A DNA stretch of 64,000 nucleotides, taken from NCBI GenBank assembly GCA_018623135.1, contig JAAZVW010000004.1:746-64745 (forward strand), read 5' to 3'. A program made the position numbers and the translations under genes. Below the pieces are notes generated by a model. It was not told the origin of the DNA. It did no database searches and saw only the letters and a list, made by a program, of their open reading frames with translations. Shown in pieces: positions 41,888 through 50,822 of this stretch. The DNA comes from Pseudomonadota bacterium. GTDB lineage: Bacteria; Pseudomonadota; Alphaproteobacteria; UBA1280; JAAZVW01. How positions within the stretch are numbered: position 1 is the stretch's first letter; the number at the start of each line of letters is the position of its first letter.

Positions 41888-42610
41888 ATGTTTCCTGCAA
41901 TAGAAGTATCTTCTTTAACAAAATCTTACGGTCGCATCCAGGCGTTAAAAGAGGTAAGTTTTTCAATATCTAAAGGTGAAATCGTTGGTTTTTTAGGGCC
42001 TAATGGTGCTGGTAAAAGTACTTGTTTAAGACTTATATCGGGCTATTTAAAAGCGGATAGTGGTTGTGTAAAACTACAAGGCTTTGATATTGCAGAAGAT
42101 ACAATAGAGGCGCAAAAATGTTTAGGTTACCTACCTGAAAGCATTATGGAATATCCAGATGTTTTAGTTGAAGAGTTTTTGTTAATGGTTGCTAAGGTAC
42201 AAGCTGTTGCAGACCCTAAAGAAGCGTTACAAGCTGTGCTACAGCTAACAGATGCCCAAAATTTACAAAAACGATTATTTCATACTCTTTCTAAGGGGCA
42301 AAAGCAGCGTGTTTATTTGGCTGCAGCTTTAATCCATAGCCCAGAAGTTTTAGTGTTAGATGAACCCACTGAAGGCTTAGACCCTAACCAAAAACAAGAA
42401 TTGCTAGAGAGCCTAAAAACAATTAGTAAACACTGTGCTATTTTATTTTCTACACATATTTTAGAAGATGTTGCACAGGTTTGTTCTCGTTGTATTATTC
42501 TAAATGAGGGTGAAATTCTTGCTGATTGGGATGAAAAAGAGCTTGCTAGCAAAAAAGAAAATCTAAACAAAGAGTTTGCAAAACTTACAAAAAAAATTAA
42601 GGAATCATAA
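41888..42610 (+). CDS. ABC transporter ATP-binding protein (ABC-2/GldA-like)
   Basis: Walker A GPNGAGKST, signature LSKGQKQR and Walker B LVLDEPT. Confidence 0.85.
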   Translation: MFPAIEVSSLTKSYGRIQALKEVSFSISKGEIVGFLGPNGAGKSTCLRLISGYLKADSGCVKLQGFDIAEDTIEAQKCLGYLPESIMEYPDVLVEEFLLMVAKVQAVADPKEALQAVLQLTDAQNLQKRLFHTLSKGQKQRVYLAAALIHSPEVLVLDEPTEGLDPNQKQELLESLKTISKHCAILFSTHILEDVAQVCSRCIILNEGEILADWDEKELASKKENLNKEFAKLTKKIKES

Positions 42611-42613
42611 AAG

Positions 42614-45184
42614 ATGTTTTCGTATTATTTGTTTGAATTAAAAAGATACTTTTCATCTGCGAGTACCTATGTCTTTTTAATATTAGCGTTACTTATTTTA
42701 AATGTGATGACATTTTTTATGGGTGGATGGTTTGCGCAAAACATTGCAAGTTTAGACCTATTTTTTAGTTTTATCCCTTGGGTTTTTATCTTTTTAGCGC
42801 CAGCGCTTATGATGTCTACCTGGGCGGATGATTATAAAAGAAAAACCGCAGAATTTGTTATAGGGTTGCCCTTAAGTATTTTTTCTGTAGGTATTGCTAA
42901 GTTTTTAGCGGCTTGGACTGTTATGCTAACGCTTCTTGCCCTTACATGCCCTATTATTATAAGCGTGTTTTATCTTGGTAATCCAGATTTAGGTCCGATT
43001 TTAGGGGGGTATTTTGCGGCTGTTTTATTTGCTGGCTTTATGCTTATGCTTTCTTATTTAGGCGCAGTGGTAAGTAAAGGACAAATTGGTGCTTTTAGTA
43101 TAGGTTTGTTACTTTCATTTTTCTCTGTTTTAAGTTCTTGGGGCTTACTAACAAGTTTGTTAAGAGAATACGTACCAGCAAAAGTTCTAGATACGCTTAT
43201 TGTAAACTCGCCTATAAATCGATATGAGCAACTTTATTATGGATTACTAGATTTTCAACATGTTGTCTTCTTTATTACAAGCATTACTATGGGGCTTGTG
43301 CTTGCTCAAAGTATTTTAATGCTCAGACATGGTGGACAGCGTAAAAAATCTGTATATGCGTTGTTTTTTGTGCTTTTTACTTTGTTGAATATATCTTCTC
43401 ATAAATTAAATAGTTATGTTGATTTAACAGAAGAAAAGCGTTTATCAGTAAGTGAAAACTTAATTAAAATGGCGCAAGATTTACCCGAAAATTCTGTTCA
43501 ACTAACTTTATATTACTCTTCTTCTAACCCTGATTTAACATTGGATATTAAAAAGCATGCCGCTCGCGTGCGTTCGGTTATTCAGTCTCTTGTGCGTGAA
43601 AGTAAGGGCAGTATGTCGTTTGAAGAAATAGACCCTACAGGTGATACAGAACGTACCTTTGCAGCGATTCGTTCAGGTGTGCAAGAAATATCATTACAGC
43701 AGGGCGGCGGCTTCTTTTTCGGCTTGGTTGTTAAAATTAGAGATAGAGAGCATGCCATTGCGCGCTTAGAACCTAACGAATTCAATTACTTTGAATATTA
43801 TCTGGGGCAGCTTATGGCTGAGCTTACAAAAACAAAACAAAAAAGAATAGGTATTGTTACAAGTCTTGATCCGACCCAAAGCGATTCGTTACCACGCTTT
43901 TTAAAAATACTGGCAAAAGATTATGACCTTGTATGGGTGAATGAGGATAAGCCAGAACTTGCGCCTAATTTAGATGCTGTCATTGTATATGTTGCGCCTT
44001 ACATTCGTGTAGAAACAACATTTGCGTTAGATCAGTATTTGGTTAACGGTGGTCGTGCGCTTGTTATTATGGACCCTTATTTTAGGCAGGGCTTAGGCAG
44101 TAAATTTGAAACGCCAAACCGTAATTCGGATCAAAGAAAAACAGATCATCCAGCAGATTTACTCCGCCATTGGGGGGTTGATTATGATTATGTAGAAGTT
44201 GTTGAAGACCGCAGGCTAGCGCAAATTGCAACAATGGAAGGCTTGGGTGATAGTCGTTACCCAATGTGGTTAAATCTATCAGGTGCGCAAATTAATTACA
44301 AAATGCCGTTTTTAAAGCAAGTCAAACGTTTAAGTTTTGCGGAGTCTGGTCATTATAAAATTACAGATAAAAGTGCAGAAGGTATTGTTGCGACGCCGCT
44401 ATTAAAAACGACGGATGCATCACGCTATGTGCCAAGGTATTTATTCGATACAATTGCGCCTCAAATTTTATCTCAAAAAGCAAAAGGAGATGAAAAAGAA
44501 AGGTATTTGGCTGCAATGGTGCAGGGTAAACTTTCTTCTGCATTTGATAAATTACCAGATTTAGTTGCTGATTATTATTTAGATTTTGTACCTATTGATC
44601 AGTCTGTAAATTTAGAAGAAATGGCTAAGTTTAAGAAAGAATCTCAAAAAGAAGCGGTTGTTATTACAGTTGCCGACGCAGATTTTTTAACAGATCGATT
44701 CTCTATGTTTAGTATGGGGCAGGGGCAGCAGCCAATACCCGCTAATTCAAACATTTCAATGGTTTTAGATATGGTGCGCTACTTAGTAGGAGATCATAGA
44801 TTATTAGGCTTGTTTGGTAAGTTAGATAAACAACGTAATTTTACGCTTTTAGAAGAGATGTTGAGTCTTCAAAGCGCAACATATCAGGAAGAAGAGCAAG
44901 AGTTAATGAGAGACTACTTTGTTGTTACCACGCAAATGCGTGCGATTAATAAGCAGAGTGCAAATGAAGATTTTGTAAATCATCAATTAGAAGAAAAACG
45001 CATTGCGTTAGCGAAAGAAGAACTGGAACTACGATTTAAACTACGACAAATTAGAGAAGAGATGCGTTCTAGCATAGAAAGTTTTGGTCAAGTCATTGCT
45101 TTGTTAAATCTTTTATTTGCACCAATTTTACTCTTGATCTTTGGTGGTTTTTATCTGTTAAGGCGTAAGTCTTTAGCAAAATAG
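42614..45184 (+). CDS. fused ABC-2 permease (GldF-like) and GldG-like accessory domain protein
   Basis: About 240 aa with 6 TM helices, then a roughly 600-aa soluble region ending in a TM anchor (LLFAPILLLIFGGFYLLRRK). This matches GldF + GldG architecture (recalled). Confidence 0.6.
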   Translation: MFSYYLFELKRYFSSASTYVFLILALLILNVMTFFMGGWFAQNIASLDLFFSFIPWVFIFLAPALMMSTWADDYKRKTAEFVIGLPLSIFSVGIAKFLAAWTVMLTLLALTCPIIISVFYLGNPDLGPILGGYFAAVLFAGFMLMLSYLGAVVSKGQIGAFSIGLLLSFFSVLSSWGLLTSLLREYVPAKVLDTLIVNSPINRYEQLYYGLLDFQHVVFFITSITMGLVLAQSILMLRHGGQRKKSVYALFFVLFTLLNISSHKLNSYVDLTEEKRLSVSENLIKMAQDLPENSVQLTLYYSSSNPDLTLDIKKHAARVRSVIQSLVRESKGSMSFEEIDPTGDTERTFAAIRSGVQEISLQQGGGFFFGLVVKIRDREHAIARLEPNEFNYFEYYLGQLMAELTKTKQKRIGIVTSLDPTQSDSLPRFLKILAKDYDLVWVNEDKPELAPNLDAVIVYVAPYIRVETTFALDQYLVNGGRALVIMDPYFRQGLGSKFETPNRNSDQRKTDHPADLLRHWGVDYDYVEVVEDRRLAQIATMEGLGDSRYPMWLNLSGAQINYKMPFLKQVKRLSFAESGHYKITDKSAEGIVATPLLKTTDASRYVPRYLFDTIAPQILSQKAKGDEKERYLAAMVQGKLSSAFDKLPDLVADYYLDFVPIDQSVNLEEMAKFKKESQKEAVVITVADADFLTDRFSMFSMGQGQQPIPANSNISMVLDMVRYLVGDHRLLGLFGKLDKQRNFTLLEEMLSLQSATYQEEEQELMRDYFVVTTQMRAINKQSANEDFVNHQLEEKRIALAKEELELRFKLRQIREEMRSSIESFGQVIALLNLLFAPILLLIFGGFYLLRRKSLAK

Positions 45185-45253
45185 GCTAGACTTTTTGCGG
45201 ATTAAAGGTTATATCTTGAGTATAGAGCTCAGGTATTATAAGAAGGTGTTAAA

Positions 45254-45829
45254 ATGAGTGAAAAAGTAATGACAGTGCGTACAGAACGCACACCTAACCC
45301 AAATTCTTTAAAATATAATTTAGGCACAACCTTGCTGGCAGGTGCTGCTGCAAACTTTCCAAGTTCTGAAAGTGCACAAAGCTCGCCTCTGGCAAAACGC
45401 TTGTTTGTTGTAGAAGGTGTTACAGGTGTTTTTATTGGTGCTGATTTTATTACAGTAACTAAAGATGAAGAAAAAGAATGGGCAGAAATTAACGCAGGTG
45501 TAGCACCAGCGCTTGAAGACTTTTTTGAATCTGGCGATAAAGTGATAGAAGGTTCAACAGAAGCGGTTGAAGTAAAAGAAATTGGTGAAGGAACAAATGA
45601 CCCTGATCTGATTAATAAAATTAAAGAACTGATAGATGAAAAAGTACGCCCTGCTGTTGCGCAAGATGGTGGTGATATTACGTACCGTGGTTTTGATAAT
45701 GGTGTCGTTTACCTAGAAATGATGGGCTCTTGCAGTGGTTGCCCAAGTTCTAGTATTACACTTAAACAGGGTATAGAAAGTATGCTTACTTATTATATTC
45801 CTGAAGTTAAGGAAGTTCGTGCTTTGTAA
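45254..45829 (+). CDS. NifU/Nfu-type Fe-S cluster scaffold (Nfu_N + NifU C-terminal domain)
   Basis: TPNPNSLKY N-domain and CSGCPSS motif. Confidence 0.85.
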   Translation: MSEKVMTVRTERTPNPNSLKYNLGTTLLAGAAANFPSSESAQSSPLAKRLFVVEGVTGVFIGADFITVTKDEEKEWAEINAGVAPALEDFFESGDKVIEGSTEAVEVKEIGEGTNDPDLINKIKELIDEKVRPAVAQDGGDITYRGFDNGVVYLEMMGSCSGCPSSSITLKQGIESMLTYYIPEVKEVRAL

Positions 45830-45832
45830 CTT

Positions 45833-45862
45833 AAACGCCGCAGTATGTTGCGGCGTTTTTTT
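45833..45862 (+). terminator. Rho-independent terminator
   Basis: acgccgca/tgcggcgt stem, T7. Confidence 0.8.
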
Positions 45863-45946
45863 ATATACCTAACAACAGCTATTGCGTAAAGGCATGCATT
45901 GTAGGATAATATGTATTAACTAAAGTTAAATTAATAGGGTACAAAA

Positions 45947-46441
45947 ATGACAGATATGATGGATAAATTTTCTGACGTAACAGATGGTATTGACACAAAA
46001 GCGATAGAACGTTGGAACTTAAACCCGACAATGCTTAAAAAATTAGGCGAAGCTTACCGTATGGGTTGGTTGCATAATGTGATGTCTCGTATTACGCCAC
46101 TTACATTGCAACGTCGTGATGATTATTTGGCGATGTCTGATATTTTTATTCAGGACCCTGAAACAGCGATGCATGTATTAGATCGTTTTGATGCAGACTT
46201 AGAGCTTTTCTGCTCCGTTGCGGAAATTCATGTGACAGAACATATGAATATGTCAAACGTTTCTCCTGAGCTTTCTGCACATGCTGAGCTTTATCAAGAA
46301 ATACAGGATATTTTTGTAGGTAAGTTTGATATTGAAGCGCGCGACCCGATTGAAATGTTATCGCTAAGCCCAATTACGGATGAATTTTCGAATCCGTTTA
46401 TTAAAGAATTTATCGACGAGAAGTTTGATCGTAATCTTTAA
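45947..46441 (+). CDS. hypothetical acidic protein
   Basis: 164-aa ORF between two terminators. No motif recognised. Confidence 0.55.
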   Translation: MTDMMDKFSDVTDGIDTKAIERWNLNPTMLKKLGEAYRMGWLHNVMSRITPLTLQRRDDYLAMSDIFIQDPETAMHVLDRFDADLELFCSVAEIHVTEHMNMSNVSPELSAHAELYQEIQDIFVGKFDIEARDPIEMLSLSPITDEFSNPFIKEFIDEKFDRNL

Positions 46442-46457
46442 AATATACCCTATATTT

Positions 46458-46485
46458 AAAAAGCACCCTGTTGGGGTGCTTTTTT
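46458..46485. terminator. bidirectional Rho-independent terminator
   Basis: A5 - agcaccc/gggtgct - T6, between convergent genes. Confidence 0.8.
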
Positions 46486-46495
46486 ATGTATGTAT

Positions 46496-47020
46496 TTATG
46501 AGGCGTCTTCTATAAAGCTTTGAAGGCGCATAAAGGCAGGGCTTTGCTTGGTTATTTTATCTTTTAAGTTGCCGACAAATAAATCTATATTTTTTGAAGT
46601 GCTGCAAAGTTCTTGAGTCTCTTTGAGTAGTTGTTCGTTGGCGAACCAATGGAGGCAAATAAGAATTTTATTTTGTGTATCTATTTGTTTTAAAACAGAT
46701 ATTTCTTCTATTTGGGGTTGCCATATAATTTGATCGTGACTTGAAAGAGCTTGCTGATACTGATGACTTAAGCAAAGGGCTTTCTGTTTGTTTGTTTCGG
46801 GATATGTTGTTGTAAAATCTGTTGTTATAATGATGTTTGAAAGTTCTTTAAGATCTTGAATTTCAAACATTTTTTGTAGGTTTGTTATTAACCAGTTGTT
46901 GTTTTTTTCTGTATAAATAGTCTCATAATTACGGCCATCGGATTCGTTTTGTGCTTTATCTAAGTGATAAGCACTTAAGGTTTGCCTGCTGAGTTCTTTA
47001 AAAAAGTCTCTTCTTTTCAT
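46496..47020 (-). CDS. hypothetical protein
   Basis: 174-aa ORF. It has an N-terminal RRDFFK motif but no signal-peptide h-region. No domain recognised. Confidence 0.55.
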   Translation of the reverse strand: MKRRDFFKELSRQTLSAYHLDKAQNESDGRNYETIYTEKNNNWLITNLQKMFEIQDLKELSNIIITTDFTTTYPETNKQKALCLSHQYQQALSSHDQIIWQPQIEEISVLKQIDTQNKILICLHWFANEQLLKETQELCSTSKNIDLFVGNLKDKITKQSPAFMRLQSFIEDAS

Positions 47021-47117
47021 GTGGTTACCTACTTTAAATGGCTGTTGTTTATACCCATATATAACTATAAGAGTAAGATTTTGTCTAATAAAAATGTATA
47101 AGCAGGAGGCTTAAAGC

Positions 47118-47711
47118 ATGAAAGTGGATGCTCTGCGCTTTTACCCGCATGTAGCGGCTGAACACAGAGAGGGTGTTATTAATAAAGTAGAAAAGCATGA
47201 TGCTTCTGCTAATATTGTTATGCCTCAGAAGCAGGCTTCTGATTACTTTGATTCTTATAATGTATTACGACAGCAAGACCCTGCTTTAGTGCCCATGCCA
47301 CGCCCAACGCTTGCGATGTTAAATTATATGTCGCGTTCACACTTTTTACCTGAACATATACAAGAACGAGTAACCCAAATGGCAGCGCAGTTAGACAGTA
47401 TCCCATCTAATTCGGAAGTGACGCGGGCACAAAAAGATCTTTCTATGGTGGTTTCTTATGTGTCTAGTATTTATAGAGAATTACAACGTAATTTTCCGCC
47501 AAAGTTTTTCCCTGAGTTGACGCAGATTTACCAAATGACGCAATCTAAAGTATTTAATGGGGGAGACCCGTATTCTGTTGGTACAATTATGTCGGAGCTT
47601 TCTGTTATTGTGGGTAAGGTAACCGGTGTGCGTGCAGATGATGCTTTAGAAAAAATGCATTTAGATATGCAAAATAAACCTTTATTAAAAGATTATGATT
47701 ATATGGCCTAA
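47118..47711 (+). CDS. hypothetical protein
   Basis: 197-aa ORF with an aggagg SD upstream and a terminator downstream. No motif recognised. Confidence 0.55.
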   Translation: MKVDALRFYPHVAAEHREGVINKVEKHDASANIVMPQKQASDYFDSYNVLRQQDPALVPMPRPTLAMLNYMSRSHFLPEHIQERVTQMAAQLDSIPSNSEVTRAQKDLSMVVSYVSSIYRELQRNFPPKFFPELTQIYQMTQSKVFNGGDPYSVGTIMSELSVIVGKVTGVRADDALEKMHLDMQNKPLLKDYDYMA

Positions 47712-47745
47712 TGCTTACACAATATCTAGTAGGTTATGCTTGATT

Positions 47746-47772
47746 ATACACCCATGAGGGTGTATTTTATTT
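47746..47772 (+). terminator. Rho-independent terminator
   Basis: atacaccc/gggtgtat stem, atga loop, T-rich tail. Confidence 0.7.
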
Positions 47773-47803
47773 GAGGTAAGAAAAAGAAGATAAGAGATAA
47801 ACT

Positions 47804-48235
47804 GTGCAAACACAAAAAATTATTTTAGCTGCAGACCATGCAGGTGTTTCCTTAAAAAATCAGCTCAAACAGTGGCTAGAAGAAAGCTATGATGTGGTTG
47901 ATGTAGGTGCTTATACAGAAGATTCTGTTGATTACCCAGATGTTGTGGCGAAAGCTGTGCCGATGATAGAGGATTCTGCTTTAGGTATTTTTGTTTGTGG
48001 TAGCGGTATTGGTGTTTCTATTGCGGCAAATAAACATAAGGGTATACGTGCGGCATTGGTACATAATACTGAATTAGCAAGGCTTGCAAGAGAACATAAT
48101 GATGCGAATGTGCTTTGCTTAGGGGCTAGGTTTATCGAGTTTGAGCAAGCTCAAGATATGGTGGATACTTTTTTAACAACAGAATTTGAACAAGGGCGCC
48201 ATTTACGCCGTGTTGAAAAAATAGAACAGATTTAA
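47804..48235 (+). CDS. rpiB: ribose-5-phosphate isomerase B
   Basis: ADHAG..LK, CGSGIG.SIAANK and GAR motifs; GTG start. Confidence 0.9.
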   Translation: MQTQKIILAADHAGVSLKNQLKQWLEESYDVVDVGAYTEDSVDYPDVVAKAVPMIEDSALGIFVCGSGIGVSIAANKHKGIRAALVHNTELARLAREHNDANVLCLGARFIEFEQAQDMVDTFLTTEFEQGRHLRRVEKIEQI

Positions 48236-48262
48236 CGACGAGATAGCAGAAAGAGAAGTAAA

Positions 48263-49555
48263 ATGGCAAAAGAACAAGTACGCTTTTTTAATCAGAATTT
48301 AGCGGGTGTTGATGATCAAATATTTGATGTGATTCGTGAAGAGTTTCAACGTCAGTGTGATGGTATTGAACTGATTGCTTCTGAAAACTTAACATCACTT
48401 GCTGTGATGCAGGCTCAGGGGTCTGTTTTAACTAATAAATATGCAGAAGGTTACCCACATAAGCGTTATTATGGTGGTTGTGAAGCGGTAGATAAAGCGG
48501 AAGCTTTGGCCATTGAGCGTTTGTGTGAGCTTTATGATGCTAAGTATGCCAATGTGCAACCGCATTCTGGTTCTCAGGCAAACCAAGCTGTGTTTTATGC
48601 GCTTTTACAGCCTGGTGATAAAATACTAGGTATGGCGCTAGACCACGGTGGACACTTGACACATGGTGCTTCTGTTAATGTTTCTGGTAAGTTTTATGAT
48701 GCTGTTTCTTACGGTGTGGATAAAGACACGATGCTGATTGATTATGCAGAAGTAGAGCGTATTGCTGTAGCAGAAAAACCTAAACTTATTATTGCGGGTG
48801 CGAGTGCTTATCCACGTGAAATTGATTTTAAAAAATTCCGTGATATTGCAGATAAAGTTGGCGCACATTTAATGGTGGATATGGCGCATATATCCGGCTT
48901 AGTGGCGGCTGGAGAACATATGTCTCCTGTACCTTATGCAGATGTGGTGACAAGTACAACACATAAAACATTGCGTGGTCCACGTGGTGGGTTTATTCTG
49001 ACAAACTCTGAAGATTTGGCGAAGAAATTTAATAGTTTAGTATTCCCTGGTATGCAGGGTGGCCCGCTTATGCATGTGATTGCGGCAAAAGCTGTTGCTT
49101 TTAAAGAAGCACAAAAACTAGAATTTAAAGAATATATTAAGCGTGTGAAATCTTGCGCAGATATTATGGCGACACGTTTGCAAAAATTAGGTTGGGATAT
49201 TGTTTCTGGTGGTACAGATAACCACTTGCTATTGCTTGATTTGCGCAAACATGGGCTAACAGGTAAAGATGCTGAAAAAGCACTAGAACGTGCAGGTATG
49301 ACTTGTAATAAAAATGCGGTACCTTTTGATGATGCAAGCCCATTTGTGACTTCTGGCATTAGATTGGGGACTGCTGCTGTTTGTTCTCGTGGCTTTAAAG
49401 AAGATGAAGCGCAGCAAATTGCCCAATGGATTAATGAAGTACTTACAGGTTTAAAAGAAAATGGTGAAAAGGGGAATGCTCAGCTTGAAGCGACAGTGAA
49501 AAAAGAAGTGCTGAAGCTTTGTGCCTGCTATCCGATTTATTCAACAGGAGTATAA
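48263..49555 (+). CDS. glyA: serine hydroxymethyltransferase
   Basis: ELIASEN, RYYGGC and [14 protein letters not shown] (PLP lysine). Confidence 0.97.
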   Translation: MAKEQVRFFNQNLAGVDDQIFDVIREEFQRQCDGIELIASENLTSLAVMQAQGSVLTNKYAEGYPHKRYYGGCEAVDKAEALAIERLCELYDAKYANVQPHSGSQANQAVFYALLQPGDKILGMALDHGGHLTHGASVNVSGKFYDAVSYGVDKDTMLIDYAEVERIAVAEKPKLIIAGASAYPREIDFKKFRDIADKVGAHLMVDMAHISGLVAAGEHMSPVPYADVVTSTTHKTLRGPRGGFILTNSEDLAKKFNSLVFPGMQGGPLMHVIAAKAVAFKEAQKLEFKEYIKRVKSCADIMATRLQKLGWDIVSGGTDNHLLLLDLRKHGLTGKDAEKALERAGMTCNKNAVPFDDASPFVTSGIRLGTAAVCSRGFKEDEAQQIAQWINEVLTGLKENGEKGNAQLEATVKKEVLKLCACYPIYSTGV

Positions 49556-49558
49556 AAA

Positions 49559-50008
49559 ATGCGTTGCCCATTTTGTGGAAGCCAAGATACGCAGGTTAAA
49601 GATTCTCGACCTTCTGATGAAAACCGTGTGATTCGTCGTCGCCGTAGTTGCCATAACTGCGGCAGGCGTTTTACAACTTTTGAACGTTTTGAAGTGCAGC
49701 AAACTATTGTGATTAAAAAAGATGGCTCACGTGAATTATTTACCCGTGAAAAGCTTTTAAAATCATTAATGATTGCTTTAAGAAAACGACCTGTAAGCCA
49801 AAAACAAATGAGCAGTATTGTGGCTGATATTGAACATGAGCTGTTAGAAGATGGCCGAAATGAAATTCAGGCAGTGGAAATTGGGCAATTATTGTTAAAA
49901 TACTTAAAAGAGGTTGATTTTATCGGTTATGTGAGGTATGCATCTGTGTATAACGAGTTTTCTGACCCGAAAGAATTTATTCAGCTCTTGAAAGATGTGG
50001 TTAGTTAA
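49559..50008 (+). CDS. nrdR: transcriptional repressor NrdR
   Basis: MRCPFCG...CHNCGRRFTTFE zinc ribbon plus an ATP-cone. Confidence 0.95.
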   Translation: MRCPFCGSQDTQVKDSRPSDENRVIRRRRSCHNCGRRFTTFERFEVQQTIVIKKDGSRELFTREKLLKSLMIALRKRPVSQKQMSSIVADIEHELLEDGRNEIQAVEIGQLLLKYLKEVDFIGYVRYASVYNEFSDPKEFIQLLKDVVS

Positions 50009-50068
50009 CTTATATAAGCTCCAGTTACGAGCAATTTTGTTCATTGAGTATTTAAATAGGGTGACCAC

Positions 50069-50557
50069 ATGACTGATACTGTACAAGACTTTTCGGACTT
50101 TCCAGTGCCGAATACAAACCTGACAGGTAATGATAAAACAGAAGCACGTATGCTTGCTGTACAGGCTATTTACCAACATCAATTGATGAAAGAAATGCCT
50201 TTTGAAGATGTTTTAAGAGAATTTGTGGTGTACCATTTAGATGCTCATAAAGCGAATAAAGAAATCTTTTCTACAATTATTCATGAAGTTCAAGAAAACC
50301 AACAACGTTTTGAAACGCTTATTTCTCAGCATATTGATGAGCGTTGGTCTTGGAAGCGTTTAGGTTTAGTGGAGCAGTCTATTTTACTTGCGACTGTGGC
50401 TGAACTAAGCAGCCGTGTTGATGTGGATGCCCCTGTTATTTTGAATGAGTTTGTGAATATCTCTAAGGGTTTTGTTGGTGAAAAAGACAGCAAATTTATT
50501 AACGGTATTTTAAATGCTGTTGCTCGCAAAGTCCGCCCGACAGAATTTACAGAATAA
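50069..50557 (+). CDS. nusB: transcription antitermination factor NusB
   Basis: ARMLAVQAIYQ and FINGILN motifs. Confidence 0.88.
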   Translation: MTDTVQDFSDFPVPNTNLTGNDKTEARMLAVQAIYQHQLMKEMPFEDVLREFVVYHLDAHKANKEIFSTIIHEVQENQQRFETLISQHIDERWSWKRLGLVEQSILLATVAELSSRVDVDAPVILNEFVNISKGFVGEKDSKFINGILNAVARKVRPTEFTE

Positions 50558-50625
50558 AAGCGATTTTTAGTAAAAAAAGCTTGAAAAAGATGCGTGAAAT
50601 GGTGTAAATTTTATTCATCTTAAGT

Positions 50626-50701
50626 GCGGGATTAGCTCAGTTGATAGAGCGCAACCTTGCCATGGTTGAGGTCGTGGGTTTGAGTCCCATATCCCGCTCC
50701 A
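50626..50701 (+). tRNA. tRNA-Gly (anticodon GCC), CCA encoded
   Basis: Manual cloverleaf: acceptor GCGGGAT, D arm GCTC/GAGC, anticodon stem CAACC/GGTTG with loop TTGCCAT, T arm GTGGG-TTTGAGT-CCCAT. It closely resembles E. coli tRNA-Gly(GCC). Confidence 0.95.
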
Positions 50702-50704
50702 AAA

Positions 50705-50733
50705 AAGCCAGTTCTTTATGAGCTGGCTTTTTT
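50705..50733 (+). terminator. Rho-independent terminator after the tRNA
   Basis: agccag/ctggct stem, T6. Confidence 0.6.
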
Positions 50734-50822
50734 GTTTAAAACTGGCTTTTTTATGTAAAGTCTTGTACAAAAGAAACAAATTAAGACAAATTATATTCTA
50801 TTTTAGTGTGAGGTAAATAACT

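Noticed and set aside
46496-47020. N-terminal MKRRDFFKEL considered as a twin-arginine (Tat) signal peptide.
   Set aside because: The RR motif is not followed by a hydrophobic h-region or an AxA cleavage site (..ELSRQTLSAYHLDKAQNESD). A Tat-exported protein is therefore unlikely.
50723-50753. 11-nt direct repeat ctggctttttt occurring twice, 20 nt apart, after the tRNA.
   Set aside because: It is short and T-rich. It is most simply explained as alternative or tandem terminator arms that pair with agccag, not as an att-site duplication.
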